Assembly: GCA_029260165.1 (NCBI GenBank)
Contig: JAJDDT010000013.1
Coordinates: 18,954-82,953, forward strand
Length of the DNA: 64,000 nt
Direction of reading: 5' to 3'
From: Phycisphaerae bacterium
GTDB taxonomy: Bacteria > Planctomycetota > Phycisphaerae > UBA1845
Shown here: piece by piece, positions 17,956-28,130 of the stretch
Position numbering within the stretch: the stretch's first letter is position 1
Layout: each line of letters starts with the position of its first letter
Translations under genes and position numbers: made by a program
The notes under the pieces: generated by a model
Databases searched by the model: none
Told to the model about the DNA's origin: nothing
What the model saw: the letters and a program-made list of their open reading frames with translations, nothing else

Positions 17956-18852
17956 CTAAACAATCGGCGTGGTCAGAACCCCAAGCCGTTCGATTTCCAG
18001 TTCCATCGTGTCACCCGGTTCAAGCCAACCGTCGGTGTTCTCCGGGCGAACCTCGAGGATGCACCCGGTCCCAACGGTACCGCTGCCAATGATATCACCG
18101 GGGTAGAGCGCCGCATCACGCGATGCCCGTTCGACCATTTTCGTGAAATCGTGCGTCAGGTCCTCAAAATTTCCACGCGATATTTCCTTCCCGTTTTTCT
18201 TCGCCGTCATCGTGAGTTTGTACCGACCCGGTCCAACCTTGACGTCCGCCAACTCGTCGGTCGTGACGACGTAGGGTCCGATCGACGTCGCGAAATCCTT
18301 GCCCTTGGCAGGACCCAACATGCATTTCATCTCCTGCCGTTGCAGATCGCGGGCGGACAGGTCGTTCAATACCATGTAACCAAAAATCGCGTCGTCAGCC
18401 ACATCGCCTGAAACGTCGCTGACCTGTTTGCCCATGACGCAGCCGACCTCGAGTTCGATGTCCATTTCGCTGGTGCCGCCCGGCTTTTTCACCGGTTCGA
18501 GGTGGCCTTTCATCGTGCATGGATTCGAAAAATAGAAGATCGCCAGTTCGTACCACTCGGGCAGCATCTCCTGTCCGCGCATCGTGCGACACGTCTTGAC
18601 GTGCTGCTCGAACGCGTAGAAATCGCGAAACGTGCGCGGGTCGGGAACCGGTGGCAACCATCGCGCGACGTCCGATAATGGTCGACCACCGCCGGAAGCG
18701 TCCGCCGCCAGTTTTTTCAACCCTTCCGGACCGTACTGCTCGAGCGCCCCGCGAACGCTGCCGGGAGCGTCCAGTTCGGTCAGTTTTCCGTCTTTTTCGA
18801 CGCAGAGTTTCGCACTGCTGTCACCGCCAAATTCAACCACACAAAATCGCAC
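17956..18852 (-). CDS. Fumarylacetoacetate hydrolase family protein
   Basis: RDFYAFEQH, DIELE, NDLSARDLQ, KGKDF, GSGT; GTG start with AGGAGG RBS. Confidence 0.92.
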   Translation of the reverse strand: MRFCVVEFGGDSSAKLCVEKDGKLTELDAPGSVRGALEQYGPEGLKKLAADASGGGRPLSDVARWLPPVPDPRTFRDFYAFEQHVKTCRTMRGQEMLPEWYELAIFYFSNPCTMKGHLEPVKKPGGTSEMDIELEVGCVMGKQVSDVSGDVADDAIFGYMVLNDLSARDLQRQEMKCMLGPAKGKDFATSIGPYVVTTDELADVKVGPGRYKLTMTAKKNGKEISRGNFEDLTHDFTKMVERASRDAALYPGDIIGSGTVGTGCILEVRPENTDGWLEPGDTMELEIERLGVLTTPIV

Positions 18853-18897
18853 GTCGTCGCCTCCTGAAATTGATGTCGATGCGCCAGTTGGTCTTGC

Positions 18898-18906
18898 TGT
18901 TATAAT
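18898..18906 (+). promoter_or_regulatory. Extended -10 promoter
   Basis: TGTTATAAT about 45 nt upstream of ATG 18951. Confidence 0.5.
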
Positions 18907-18950
18907 CGAAATCCCGGCGGCGGGCGAACCGGGTATGAGGAGGTGAAGGA

Positions 18951-20339
18951 ATGACGAAATCCTGGCGATCGTGGGTTGCGGTCCTGGCGATGGTCTCGGC
19001 GGACGCGTTGGCGGGGGTGCCGACCTACGAGGAGCATCAGCTACAGGCCCGCGCGAATTTCGCAAACGCGTTCAATCTGCCGGACGGAAACTTTTTTGCA
19101 AATATCACCGCTCAGGTAAACGACCACGCCGAGGTGGCATTCAACATCACCGCCATGACAGGATCGCTCGAAAAAGCGGTCTGGTTCGGCAAACGCGGAT
19201 CCGGGCAGATTGAGTTTACCTCGATCAGCGACGCCTCGGTCAGCAATGCCTCGCTCAACAACAAGGGGCGCGTCGTATTCGAGCAGGCATTCGTTCCTGC
19301 GCCAGGGTTGTATTTCTACGACGGGCCGACCGATGCGAGCGGTCTGGAAACGACGCAGCCTTTCGGGACGACCTTCTGGTCGTCACCCACGGTGAACGAC
19401 GCGGGGCAAATCGGGTTTCGTGCGAATTTCGCAGGCCGGCGGGCGTTTGTTTCCTACGACGGCGTGTCGTTGACGGCGAACCACGCGGTCGAGGTGTCGT
19501 TGGACCCGGGCAGTCCCTATTCATTCCTGTTTACACCGTCGTTCAACAACGCCCGACAGATCGCCGGCAAGGCGCGGCTGGGACCGGCGGGGCAGGTCGG
19601 CAACGATCGCCCGGATCAGATTCTGGTTTTCGAGGCGGATGGATCATCCGTTGTCATCGCTGAGGACGCAGACAGTGACCCCGATTCACCGTTCACAAGT
19701 TTCGACAACAGCGTCGCGATGACGGACGACGGCTGGGTTTCGTTCACAGCCAATCTTGTGGGGGGTGGTCGAGGCGTGTTCGTTTCCGATGGCTCGACCG
19801 TGATCGAAATCGCGACCGAGGATCACCCGATGGTCAGCGATATCGAATTTTTCGGTTCAGCGGTCAACCGTCATCGTGTCGTTGTGTTCCGGGGGTTCGA
19901 TCAGAACGGGTTGCGCAGCATTTTCGCTGGCGACGGCACGGCCCTGCGTCGTGTTGTCACCGAGCACGACCTCCTGCCGTCCGATCTGGGACCCGCGCGG
20001 GTCGATCAGGAGACCGCGTCCAGCCCGGTGTTCGGCGGCGGCGTGTCCATCAACACCTGCGGCGACGTCGCGTTCAACGCGGGGTTGGCTCCGCCCGGCA
20101 ATAACCAGATCGAATGGGGCAGCGGCGTTTACCTCGCCGTCGCGACGCGAGAGGCCAACGGCGACTACAACTGTGACGGCGATGTTGATCGTCGGGATGT
20201 AAAAGAATTTGCCGATTGCGCGTCGGGACCCGATGGAACGGTCGATCCCATCTGCGCCGTGTTCGACTTCAACGGCGATGGCGACGCCGATTTTGCAGAC
20301 TTCGCACAGCTTCAATTGTCGTTTAACATCGCGGATTGA
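18951..20339 (+). CDS. Secreted NxxGxxAF-repeat (beta-propeller-like) protein with dockerin-like tag
   Basis: Signal peptide; repeats VNDHAEVAF, LNNKGRVVF, VNDAGQIGF, INTCGDVAF; C-terminal GDYNCDGDVD...FDFNGDGDAD. Confidence 0.8.
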   Translation: MTKSWRSWVAVLAMVSADALAGVPTYEEHQLQARANFANAFNLPDGNFFANITAQVNDHAEVAFNITAMTGSLEKAVWFGKRGSGQIEFTSISDASVSNASLNNKGRVVFEQAFVPAPGLYFYDGPTDASGLETTQPFGTTFWSSPTVNDAGQIGFRANFAGRRAFVSYDGVSLTANHAVEVSLDPGSPYSFLFTPSFNNARQIAGKARLGPAGQVGNDRPDQILVFEADGSSVVIAEDADSDPDSPFTSFDNSVAMTDDGWVSFTANLVGGGRGVFVSDGSTVIEIATEDHPMVSDIEFFGSAVNRHRVVVFRGFDQNGLRSIFAGDGTALRRVVTEHDLLPSDLGPARVDQETASSPVFGGGVSINTCGDVAFNAGLAPPGNNQIEWGSGVYLAVATREANGDYNCDGDVDRRDVKEFADCASGPDGTVDPICAVFDFNGDGDADFADFAQLQLSFNIAD

Positions 20340-20376
20340 TTCGGAGCACGTCCGATAAGTCATGACGGGAGACGCG

Positions 20377-22395
20377 ATGAGCGACAAGGAAGGTCTGTCC
20401 GCACAAGCCTACGAACCGATTCCCGAGGGCGGGAAATACGAGCCGTATATCTCCAGCGGTGAATCTCCGCTCGAATTCACGGTCAAGGCGGTGATTCCGG
20501 GGATCATCTTCGGCGTCTGTTTCGGAGCAGCCAACGCGTATCTGGGTCTCAAGGCGGGATTGACCATTTCCACGTCGATCCCGGTCGCGGTCATGACCGT
20601 CGCAGCCTTTCGCGCCTTGCAGAATTTCGGGGTCAAAACGACCCTGCTCGAAGCCAACATCTCCCAGACGATCGGCTCGTCATCGAGTTCGGTCGCAAGC
20701 GGAATCATTTTCACGCTTCCCGCGCTGTTCATGTGGGGCATGCCGCCGGAATTGCTGCAAATGACGCTGTTGGCGTTGTGTGGCGGGCTGCTCGGCGTGC
20801 TTTTCATGGTTCCGTTGCGACGATTTCTGATCGAGCGCGAGCACGGAAATCTGCCCTATCCGGAGGGAACCGCCTGTGCGGAAGTCCTTGTCGCCAGCGA
20901 GGTTGGCGGAGCCAAAGCAGGCAATGTGTTCTGGGGACTGGGTGTCGGAGCGATTTTCAAATTCCTGTTCGGATGGTTGAAACCCGTGGCTGACAAGGCC
21001 CATTTCGCCATTCCGGGGATCAAGAAAGCGGAAATCGGTGTTGAAATGTCGTCGGCGTTGTTCGGTGTGGGGTACATCCTCGGCCCGCGGATCGGTGCGA
21101 TCATGGTTGGCGGGGGTTTGCTGTCGTGGCTGGTGATCAACCCGATTATTGCCTATTGGGGCGATGGCAGAACGGAGCCGTTCTACCCCGAGCAGATCGA
21201 ACTGATCCGCAACATGCCACCGTCGCAATTATGGACGCGTTACGTTCGGTACATCGGCGCTGGGGCGGTCGCGATGGCGGGATTGATCACGTTGATCAAA
21301 AGCGTTCCGACGATGGTCGAGAGCTTCAAAATCGGGGCTGAGCAGTTACGCAACCGCGTCGGCGGCACCGGTGAGACCGTCGAACGAACGTCCCGCGATC
21401 TGTCGCTGAAATATGTTGGTATTGGCGTAATTGTCATCGCGGCTGTCATGGCGTTCATCCCAGCCGTCTTCGGCAACATCGACAACGTTGCGATACGCAT
21501 GATCGCAGCCATCCTGATCGTCATATTCTCGTTCTTCTTCGTAACCGTCGCGTCGCGGATCGTCGGTCTCGTCGGGGTGACATCCAATCCGACGAGTGGA
21601 ATGACCATCGCGTCGCTGCTCGGCACGTCCGTGATTTTTCGGCTCTGCGGATGGACCGACTCGTTGGGGATGGCCACCGCGTTGACAGTCGGGTGCGTCG
21701 TCGCCATCGCAGCCTCCATTTCCGGGGATACCTCGCAGGATTTGAAAACGGGGTTCCTGCTCGGCGCCACACCGAAGAAACAGCAGATCGGCGAGTTGGT
21801 CGGGGTGCTGACCTGTTCCGTGTTCATTTGCATGACGGTGTTGCTGCTGCACAAGACCTATGAATTTGGCAGTTCCGAGTTGCCCGCCCCGCAGGCGACG
21901 CTGATGAAAGTCGTGATCGAGGGTGTGTTGCAAGCCAATCTGCCGTGGACCCTTGTCGCGATCGGCGCGGGGATCGCCATCGTAGCAGAGCTGGCGCGCA
22001 TTCCATCGCTGCCGTTTGCGGTTGGTGTCTACCTACCCGTCGCGACGATGGTGCCGGTGTTCATGGGAGGCGGACTGCGGTGGTTGATGGAACGACGGGC
22101 CAGGGGTGCTGATGAAAAGTCCGAAGTTCGCGAACGCGGGGTTTTGTTCGGATCGGGTCTCGTTGGCGGTGAGGGATTGTTCGGCGTGGTCATCGCGGCT
22201 GTCGCGTTCATCCAGAACATCAACGCCGAAGACGGCGAGAGTGTAACATCGCGACCGGGTGAAATCGGCACCGATTGGATCACCGGTATGTTTTCGGAAA
22301 CCCCGGTCATGCACCAGATCCTCCCGCTATTGGTGTTTGCGGGGTTGGTCCTGATATTCGCGCGACGATGCAGACGTCCCGCGAGCGACGCATGA
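20377..22395 (+). CDS. OPT family oligopeptide transporter
   Basis: ANAYLGLKAG, LPYPEGTAC, SNPTSGMTI, QDLKTG, APQATL, SGLVGGEG. Confidence 0.95.
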   Translation: MSDKEGLSAQAYEPIPEGGKYEPYISSGESPLEFTVKAVIPGIIFGVCFGAANAYLGLKAGLTISTSIPVAVMTVAAFRALQNFGVKTTLLEANISQTIGSSSSSVASGIIFTLPALFMWGMPPELLQMTLLALCGGLLGVLFMVPLRRFLIEREHGNLPYPEGTACAEVLVASEVGGAKAGNVFWGLGVGAIFKFLFGWLKPVADKAHFAIPGIKKAEIGVEMSSALFGVGYILGPRIGAIMVGGGLLSWLVINPIIAYWGDGRTEPFYPEQIELIRNMPPSQLWTRYVRYIGAGAVAMAGLITLIKSVPTMVESFKIGAEQLRNRVGGTGETVERTSRDLSLKYVGIGVIVIAAVMAFIPAVFGNIDNVAIRMIAAILIVIFSFFFVTVASRIVGLVGVTSNPTSGMTIASLLGTSVIFRLCGWTDSLGMATALTVGCVVAIAASISGDTSQDLKTGFLLGATPKKQQIGELVGVLTCSVFICMTVLLLHKTYEFGSSELPAPQATLMKVVIEGVLQANLPWTLVAIGAGIAIVAELARIPSLPFAVGVYLPVATMVPVFMGGGLRWLMERRARGADEKSEVRERGVLFGSGLVGGEGLFGVVIAAVAFIQNINAEDGESVTSRPGEIGTDWITGMFSETPVMHQILPLLVFAGLVLIFARRCRRPASDA

Positions 22396-23258
22396 ACATG
22401 AAGAATTTGATCAGTATTTCAGGTGTCGGACTCCTTGCCGTGTTGGCTTGTCTCCTGGCGTCGGCAACGGTGGAGGCCCAGGTCGGGAAGGATCGCGGCG
22501 ACGATACCGAGCGCATGATCGACCGCGTCGACGGTTGGATTTCAGACCTCGGCGGACCGGATTACGCCAAACGCGAATCCGCGCATCAAAAGCTCAAACA
22601 GTTGCCGGAGGACGATTTGGTATTGCTTGCGAGGTACTATCGCCACGCCGACGATTTTGAGACCAGAATCCGCATCGAGGAAATCGCGATCCAGGCGTTT
22701 TTCATCCGCAGTCTGCCCGACGTGACCGGTTTTCTGGGGGTCAGCGCGCCGGAGGTCTATTCCCGGATGGACTCGCGAGTGCCACGCGGCATGACCGGAT
22801 TCAAAATTTCACATGTCGTGCCGGGCAGCTCCGCAGAGGTGATCGGTCTCAGGCTGAATGATTTGATTGTCGCCATCGACGGTGAGACGTTTCTGGAGGG
22901 CGCTGATTTTCGAGCGCTGGCCAACCAGATGCGAATTCGTCGGGCGGGAATGCTGATGCGCCTGGATTTCTACAGAGGGTACGGCCGCAAATCGGTGCGG
23001 TTTCCGCTCGGCGCGGACACACGCCGGAATCCCGACACACCGGGGACATCTGACGAAGCAAGACCAGGTCTGGATTCCTATCAACGGGCGGTCAGAGCGT
23101 TCCCGACATGGTGGGCGACGCATTTTGAACCGAAGACGGAAGTGCCGGGTCGTGACCGTTCGACGACGCATCTGCCAGGATTTCAAAATCCGCAATCACC
23201 GGAAGATGATCGCTCGCCTCCTGCGCCAAAAGAAGGCGGCTCCGAAAAACGCGAATAG
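22392..23258 (+). CDS. Secreted PDZ-domain protein
   Basis: Signal peptide; helical DLGGPDYAKRESA domain; GFLGV...VVPGSSAE..GLRLNDLIVAIDG. Confidence 0.8.
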   Translation: MNMKNLISISGVGLLAVLACLLASATVEAQVGKDRGDDTERMIDRVDGWISDLGGPDYAKRESAHQKLKQLPEDDLVLLARYYRHADDFETRIRIEEIAIQAFFIRSLPDVTGFLGVSAPEVYSRMDSRVPRGMTGFKISHVVPGSSAEVIGLRLNDLIVAIDGETFLEGADFRALANQMRIRRAGMLMRLDFYRGYGRKSVRFPLGADTRRNPDTPGTSDEARPGLDSYQRAVRAFPTWWATHFEPKTEVPGRDRSTTHLPGFQNPQSPEDDRSPPAPKEGGSEKRE

Positions 23259-23916
23259 GTTTGAGCCGACCACGGAAAAAAATCTTGTCGAGTCCGCCCG
23301 TCGGTGCGACGCTCGGAAACGTCCTGATCGCCCATCGCGATCCCGGCCTGCGGTTCGTCGCACAGGTGAAACCGTGTTTGGCGAATCGCTGACGTTTCAA
23401 CATGCCTCGCCAGTCGTTCATGTCGCCCGCGATGATGCAGGGGTGATCGCAGCCAAGTCTGGTGATCTGCGATGATTCCAGCAGGTCCGCCACCTGCCTG
23501 CGACGCTCCATTGCGGACAAGCCAAGGTGCACGTTGAAAACGTCAAGCGTCGCCTGAATTCCGTTCCTGGCAATCGTGATGCTCGTGTGCTGTGCTCCGC
23601 GTCGTTTTCGCCAACTGACCGTCAGATCGATATTCCGTTGTCGGTCGATGGGGAATCTTGTCAGCGTGGTGTTTCCGTATCGCCCGCGTTTCAGAAAAAC
23701 GTTCATACCGGACGCCCGGTATTGGTACCGCAACGATTGTGCGATCAGCGATGCGAGATCGTGGTGGTTGGACCGGGGGACCCCGCGATCGACCTCCTGC
23801 AGCAGGACAATGTCCGCGTCGTGATGGCCCAAAACAGCAATGATCCGATCGGGGCGGAACTTTCCGTCCACGCCGATGGCTTTGTGGATGTTGTATGTCA
23901 GCAATCGAAACCTCAC
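23092..23916 (-). CDS. Endonuclease/exonuclease/phosphatase (YbhP-like)
   Basis: TYNIHK, LQEVD, YGN, NVHL, AGDMN, LDKIF, SDHLP. Confidence 0.92.
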   Translation of the reverse strand: MRFRLLTYNIHKAIGVDGKFRPDRIIAVLGHHDADIVLLQEVDRGVPRSNHHDLASLIAQSLRYQYRASGMNVFLKRGRYGNTTLTRFPIDRQRNIDLTVSWRKRRGAQHTSITIARNGIQATLDVFNVHLGLSAMERRRQVADLLESSQITRLGCDHPCIIAGDMNDWRGMLKRQRFAKHGFTCATNRRPGSRWAIRTFPSVAPTGGLDKIFFRGRLKPIRVFRSRLLLAQEASDHLPVIADFEILADASSNGHDPALPSSVQNASPTMSGTL

Positions 23917-24223
23917 GATACCGCATTCTACGCACACATGATCGGACGCAACAAATTTTCCGGATGGTTTTTCGATTCGGGTTTTGGAACGCAGGAGCCG
24001 CGGACAGGGGGTCTGGTTCACCGGGCAACCCTTTTTATCGGAACCAGGGATTCTGCACGAAGACGTCGCCGGTCCGTGGCAACCAGGAGCGCGGTTATCT
24101 CTCAAGTTTCACAAATTGGGACGGTGACTTGAACAGGTGGCTGGGCGTACAATGGGTCAGGACAGGAGAGAGTGAAGCCGTAACTCGCCGACGCGGTTTC
24201 GAGGATGGAGGAATGAGGTAATT

Positions 24224-24484
24224 ATGAACGAAGAAACCTTTCAGAAAAAACTGGCAGAACTTGTTGCGGAAATCGGTACGCTTCCCGAAGAGGATCGCGA
24301 GCGATTGACGACGTTGGCAGAGCAGACGCGTGCCCGTCACGAACAGCTCAAGGAAACCGTCGGACAGCTTCAGGAGAGCATCGATTTCCTGAGATTGTCG
24401 ATCAAGTACATGCTGTTTGATCTTGAGGCGACGCGTCGGGAAAACACGCAACTGCGCAAGATGCTCGAACAGGACGAGGAGTAG
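24224..24484 (+). CDS. Small conserved planctomycete coiled-coil protein
   Basis: LRLSIKYMLFDLEATRREN, a motif I recall from planctomycete proteins; GAGGT RBS; own terminator. Confidence 0.85.
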   Translation: MNEETFQKKLAELVAEIGTLPEEDRERLTTLAEQTRARHEQLKETVGQLQESIDFLRLSIKYMLFDLEATRRENTQLRKMLEQDEE

Positions 24485-24519
24485 GTTCAGTCAGTCACGA
24501 AAAAATTTGATTGTGGTCG

Positions 24520-24561
24520 AATCCGTGTTTCATGATGCGTCATGAAACGCGGATTTTTTTT
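24520..24561 (+). terminator. Intrinsic terminator
   Basis: AATCCGTGTTTCATGA-TGCG-TCATGAAACGCGGATT followed by a T run. Confidence 0.75.
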
Positions 24562-24835
24562 GTCGCGTTATGTGTTGAAAAATGGAACGATTGCAAGGCT
24601 TCACTCGCGTTTTTACAGACTGAGTGACAATTTGGTCGAACATCCTTCGATTTTCCGCTGTTTCCTGATCGCGAACGTGATGGGTGTTGGTCGTGACGTC
24701 AATTGATGCTTGAATCGCATCCGGAGGCTCTGGTAAGATGCGGGTGGTGAAGGCGACGGCGAGCCGTCGTTGTCCGGGGAAACCTCGTCGTTGGTGTTTC
24801 CTTGCAGGTCGTTCGTGATTGGAGTGCGTGGTAAG

Positions 24836-26179
24836 ATGGGAAATGTTTATCGTGGGATATTCCTGGTTGGGGTGTTTGCAGGGATTGGCGTGTTTGGCTC
24901 GGTGTCGATCTTTGCGGGCGGCGGGTTGAACGAGGATCCCGGTGCCCGAATTGCGGGCAACAAGGGGGTTGGTGCTGCCAGTGGGAACCTTATTGGGCAT
25001 AACGAGGGTGATGCTGCGGGTCAGGTGATTTCGTTTGGAAAAAAAGACGGCCCTGATTTTACGATGCCGCTGCCGGGGCTGACATCTGCCCAACTGAAAC
25101 GATTCATGGCTGGTCGTCTGGAATTCGATCGCGAGCAGTTTCCCGACGATGGGCTTGGTCCCGTTTTCAACGAAGCGAGTTGTTTTCTCTGTCACTCCGC
25201 GGGGGGTTCCGGTGGGGCGAGCGGGAAGACCGTTGAGCGATTTGGTATCCTGGGGAAAAAGGGTGGTTTTGATCCTTTGAGCGAGTTTGGCGGCTCGTTG
25301 AGGCAGGCGTTAGCCATCGACATGAAAGGCGTTGATTGTGCCGAGGTGGTCCCCGCGGAAGCCACGGTCATGACGCTTCGCCTGACAACGCCGACGTTTG
25401 GTTCCGGTCTCATCGAAGCCATCCCAGACGAAACGATTCTCGCGTTGGAGGATCCGACTGACGAAGACGGCGACGGGATCAGCGGTCGCGCCCATATTGT
25501 CATGGATCCGATTGACAACGTTGAACGCGTCGGTCGCTTCGGTTGGAAAGCGCAGGTTGCGACGCTGGACACATTCTCGGCTGACGCACAGTTGCAGGAA
25601 ACGGGCATTACCAATGTCGTTTTTTCAGAGGACAACGACCCGAACGGAATCAGGCCACCGTTGCTCGATGATTGTGATTTGATCGAGGACCCCGAAGACA
25701 TACCGGACATGAACGGCGTGTCGAATTTTAACAGGATGGCTGACTTCCAGCGATTTCTCGCACCGATTCCGCGTCTGCCGACGCTGAGCAATCGCGGGTT
25801 CTTCCTGTTCCGTCAGATTGGTTGCGCCGACTGCCACACGCCGGTCATGTTCACCGGTAATCACGAGGTGGCTGCTCTGTCGAACAAACCTGTCTTCTTG
25901 TTCTCCGATTTGCTGCTGCACGACATGGGTTCCCTGGGTGACCAGATCGAGCAGGGCGATGCTGAGGGATTTGAGATGCGGACGTCACCGTTGTGGGGGC
26001 TTCGCGTGCGGTCGGATCTTTTGCATGACGGTCGATCGCAGGTCAAGGGCAAGATCAAGGACAGAATCGAGCATGCGATTGGCGAACATGCCGGCGAAGC
26101 GGCTGCGTCGCGCGATGCGTTCCTGAAACTCAAAAAACGCAACCAACGCGCACTCATCAATTTCCTCGAGTCGATTTAG
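24836..26179 (+). CDS. Di-heme oxidoreductase (DHOR) family protein
   Basis: GLGPVFN..SCFLCH, DGDGISGR, GRFGWKA, GCADCH, SDLLLHDMG, RTSPLWG. Confidence 0.92.
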   Translation: MGNVYRGIFLVGVFAGIGVFGSVSIFAGGGLNEDPGARIAGNKGVGAASGNLIGHNEGDAAGQVISFGKKDGPDFTMPLPGLTSAQLKRFMAGRLEFDREQFPDDGLGPVFNEASCFLCHSAGGSGGASGKTVERFGILGKKGGFDPLSEFGGSLRQALAIDMKGVDCAEVVPAEATVMTLRLTTPTFGSGLIEAIPDETILALEDPTDEDGDGISGRAHIVMDPIDNVERVGRFGWKAQVATLDTFSADAQLQETGITNVVFSEDNDPNGIRPPLLDDCDLIEDPEDIPDMNGVSNFNRMADFQRFLAPIPRLPTLSNRGFFLFRQIGCADCHTPVMFTGNHEVAALSNKPVFLFSDLLLHDMGSLGDQIEQGDAEGFEMRTSPLWGLRVRSDLLHDGRSQVKGKIKDRIEHAIGEHAGEAAASRDAFLKLKKRNQRALINFLESI

Positions 26180-26822
26180 CGTCGTTTCGATCTTCGACCC
26201 GACGTCGCCAGCGTGGCATCTGCTGCGGTGTGATTTTTTCCCACAGTCCGAGCGCGTTTTGACGGGCCTGGTGTTCGGATTTTTGAAATGCGTCCAGATG
26301 CGGATGCGGAAAACGCGTGTCCGCGTAGGCGTGTCCCAGTTTGACCAGCGTTTGATTGAACGATTCTTCCTTGCCTACAAGCGTCGCGTAGACCAATAGT
26401 CTGTCATACCGATCCCGCGTCCGGTCGGGCAACAAATCGAGACGCACCAACTCACCATCGAGCATGCTCTTCGCAAATCCGGACGCATTTTCGCCCCAAT
26501 GCATCAACTCCGTTCGAGGGCCAGCCACCTCGGGTGTGTCGACCCCCCACAGCCGCACGCGAATGCGTTGCGCTCCCGTGTCGGGCGACAGGAAGTCGAA
26601 CGTGTCACCATCCACGACGTAGACAACGCGAACGAACTGGTCGTGATAGCGGGTGTAGTCATCGTCCGGTGACGACGGTGAACCCGGGGGCTTCGATTGA
26701 GTCGGAATCAGACGCAGAAGGACGACGAAAGCGAAGCCGAGCGTGAGAAATCTGTGCCTGCGAAGAAAGGAGGGTTGTTGAATATGCGGGGGAAGCCGTC
26801 GCGAGCGCGGGCTTCGCGTCAT
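26157..26822 (-). CDS. Thermonuclease (SNase-like), membrane-anchored
   Basis: VVDGDT, VRLWGVDTPE, RDRYDRLL, ARQNALGLW. Confidence 0.92.
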   Translation of the reverse strand: MTRSPRSRRLPPHIQQPSFLRRHRFLTLGFAFVVLLRLIPTQSKPPGSPSSPDDDYTRYHDQFVRVVYVVDGDTFDFLSPDTGAQRIRVRLWGVDTPEVAGPRTELMHWGENASGFAKSMLDGELVRLDLLPDRTRDRYDRLLVYATLVGKEESFNQTLVKLGHAYADTRFPHPHLDAFQKSEHQARQNALGLWEKITPQQMPRWRRRVEDRNDAKSTRGN

Positions 26823-28060
26823 GCGTCCGTGCCATTGTCGTCGTGCGCGGAAAGATCGAACGCATCATGAACCGCTCGCACGCCGTTGGGACCGTCGCCG
26901 GCTGCGACTACGCAACTGATGACGATTTCGCTCGTTGAGATGCCCCAAATCGGAATGGTCGCGCTGCGAAGTGCGTCGAACATGGTTGACGCTACGCCGG
27001 AATGCGATCGCATCCCGACCCCGATCGCGCTGACTTTCGACAAATCCCGAAAGACCTCGACCTTCCCGATTCCCAGTTCACCCGCCAATCGCTGCAACAA
27101 CTCCGTCGCTGTATCCGCATCTTCCGAATCAACCAGGAGCGCCAGGCTCGCACGCTGACCGCCTGCGTGGTTGGCCTGCACGATGTCATCAACGACGATA
27201 TTCTTTTTGCCTATTTCCTCGAACACGCGGGCAGGGACGCCCGTCTGCGCGGGCACATCGGTCACGACGATCGACGCCAAATCCTCCTTGAGCGTCACAC
27301 CGCGAACGGATACGGCTTCCATTCCCTCTGATTCGGTCATAATTCTTGTCCCCGGGGCATCGGTCAGCGAGCTTCGCACATGAATCGGCACGTTGAACCG
27401 CATCCCAAACTCGATCGCCCGACCGTGCATCACACCCGCACCCGCCGACGCCATCTCCAACATTTCATCATAGCTGATCGCGTCGATCTTTCGAGCGTTC
27501 GGCACGATCCGCGGGTCAGCCGTGTAGACACCATCCACGTCGGTGTAAATCTCGCACACCGTCGCGCCCAAAACCGCCGCCAAGGCAGCCGCCGTCGTGT
27601 CCGATGCGCCCCGACCGAGCGTGGTGATTTCCCCAGCCTGATCGATCCCCTGGAATCCCGCGACGATCACGACCTTGCCCGCGTCCAGTTCCGCCTTGAG
27701 CCGCTGACGATCGATGCTCTGAATCCGTGCGCGCGTGTGCACGCTGTCTGTTCGCAGTCCAAGCTGACCCGCCGTTAGCGAAATCGCCTCATGACCGAAC
27801 CCGTGGATCGCCATCGCCATGAGCGCGATCGACACCTGCTCACCGGTGGTGAGCAGCATGTCCAGCTCGCGTTTGGGTGGGTTGGGTGACACCGCCCGGG
27901 CAAGCGTCAGCAGTTCGTCCGTTGTTTTGCCCATGGCTGAGACGACCATCACGACTTGCTGCCCGTTAAGACGTTCCTGGATCGCCCGACGGGCTGCCCG
28001 ATGGATCTTCTCCGCCGTCGCGACACTGGTCCCGCCGAATTTTTGAACGATGAGCGACAT
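26819..28060 (-). CDS. lysC: Aspartate kinase
   Basis: MSLIVQKFGGTSV, VSAMG, TLGRGASD, IYTDVDG, two ACT domains. The ORF-track 5' extension to 28537 looks spurious. Confidence 0.95.
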   Translation of the reverse strand: MSLIVQKFGGTSVATAEKIHRAARRAIQERLNGQQVVMVVSAMGKTTDELLTLARAVSPNPPKRELDMLLTTGEQVSIALMAMAIHGFGHEAISLTAGQLGLRTDSVHTRARIQSIDRQRLKAELDAGKVVIVAGFQGIDQAGEITTLGRGASDTTAAALAAVLGATVCEIYTDVDGVYTADPRIVPNARKIDAISYDEMLEMASAGAGVMHGRAIEFGMRFNVPIHVRSSLTDAPGTRIMTESEGMEAVSVRGVTLKEDLASIVVTDVPAQTGVPARVFEEIGKKNIVVDDIVQANHAGGQRASLALLVDSEDADTATELLQRLAGELGIGKVEVFRDLSKVSAIGVGMRSHSGVASTMFDALRSATIPIWGISTSEIVISCVVAAGDGPNGVRAVHDAFDLSAHDDNGTDA

Positions 28061-28130
28061 GGGCGAAATCGTAATGTCCGCCGGGAGATTTGAACAGATG
28101 GGAAGTCGTCCGGGCTTGGTGACTGGATAT

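Noticed and set aside
20349..20376. Second dif-like site (ACGTCCGATAA)
   Set aside because: Only the left arm matches; there is no XerD-like arm, so it is probably chance.
23092..26822. Anti-phage defence island (EEP plus thermonuclease)
   Set aside because: Both are common stand-alone families, are not adjacent, and have no defence or mobility genes nearby.
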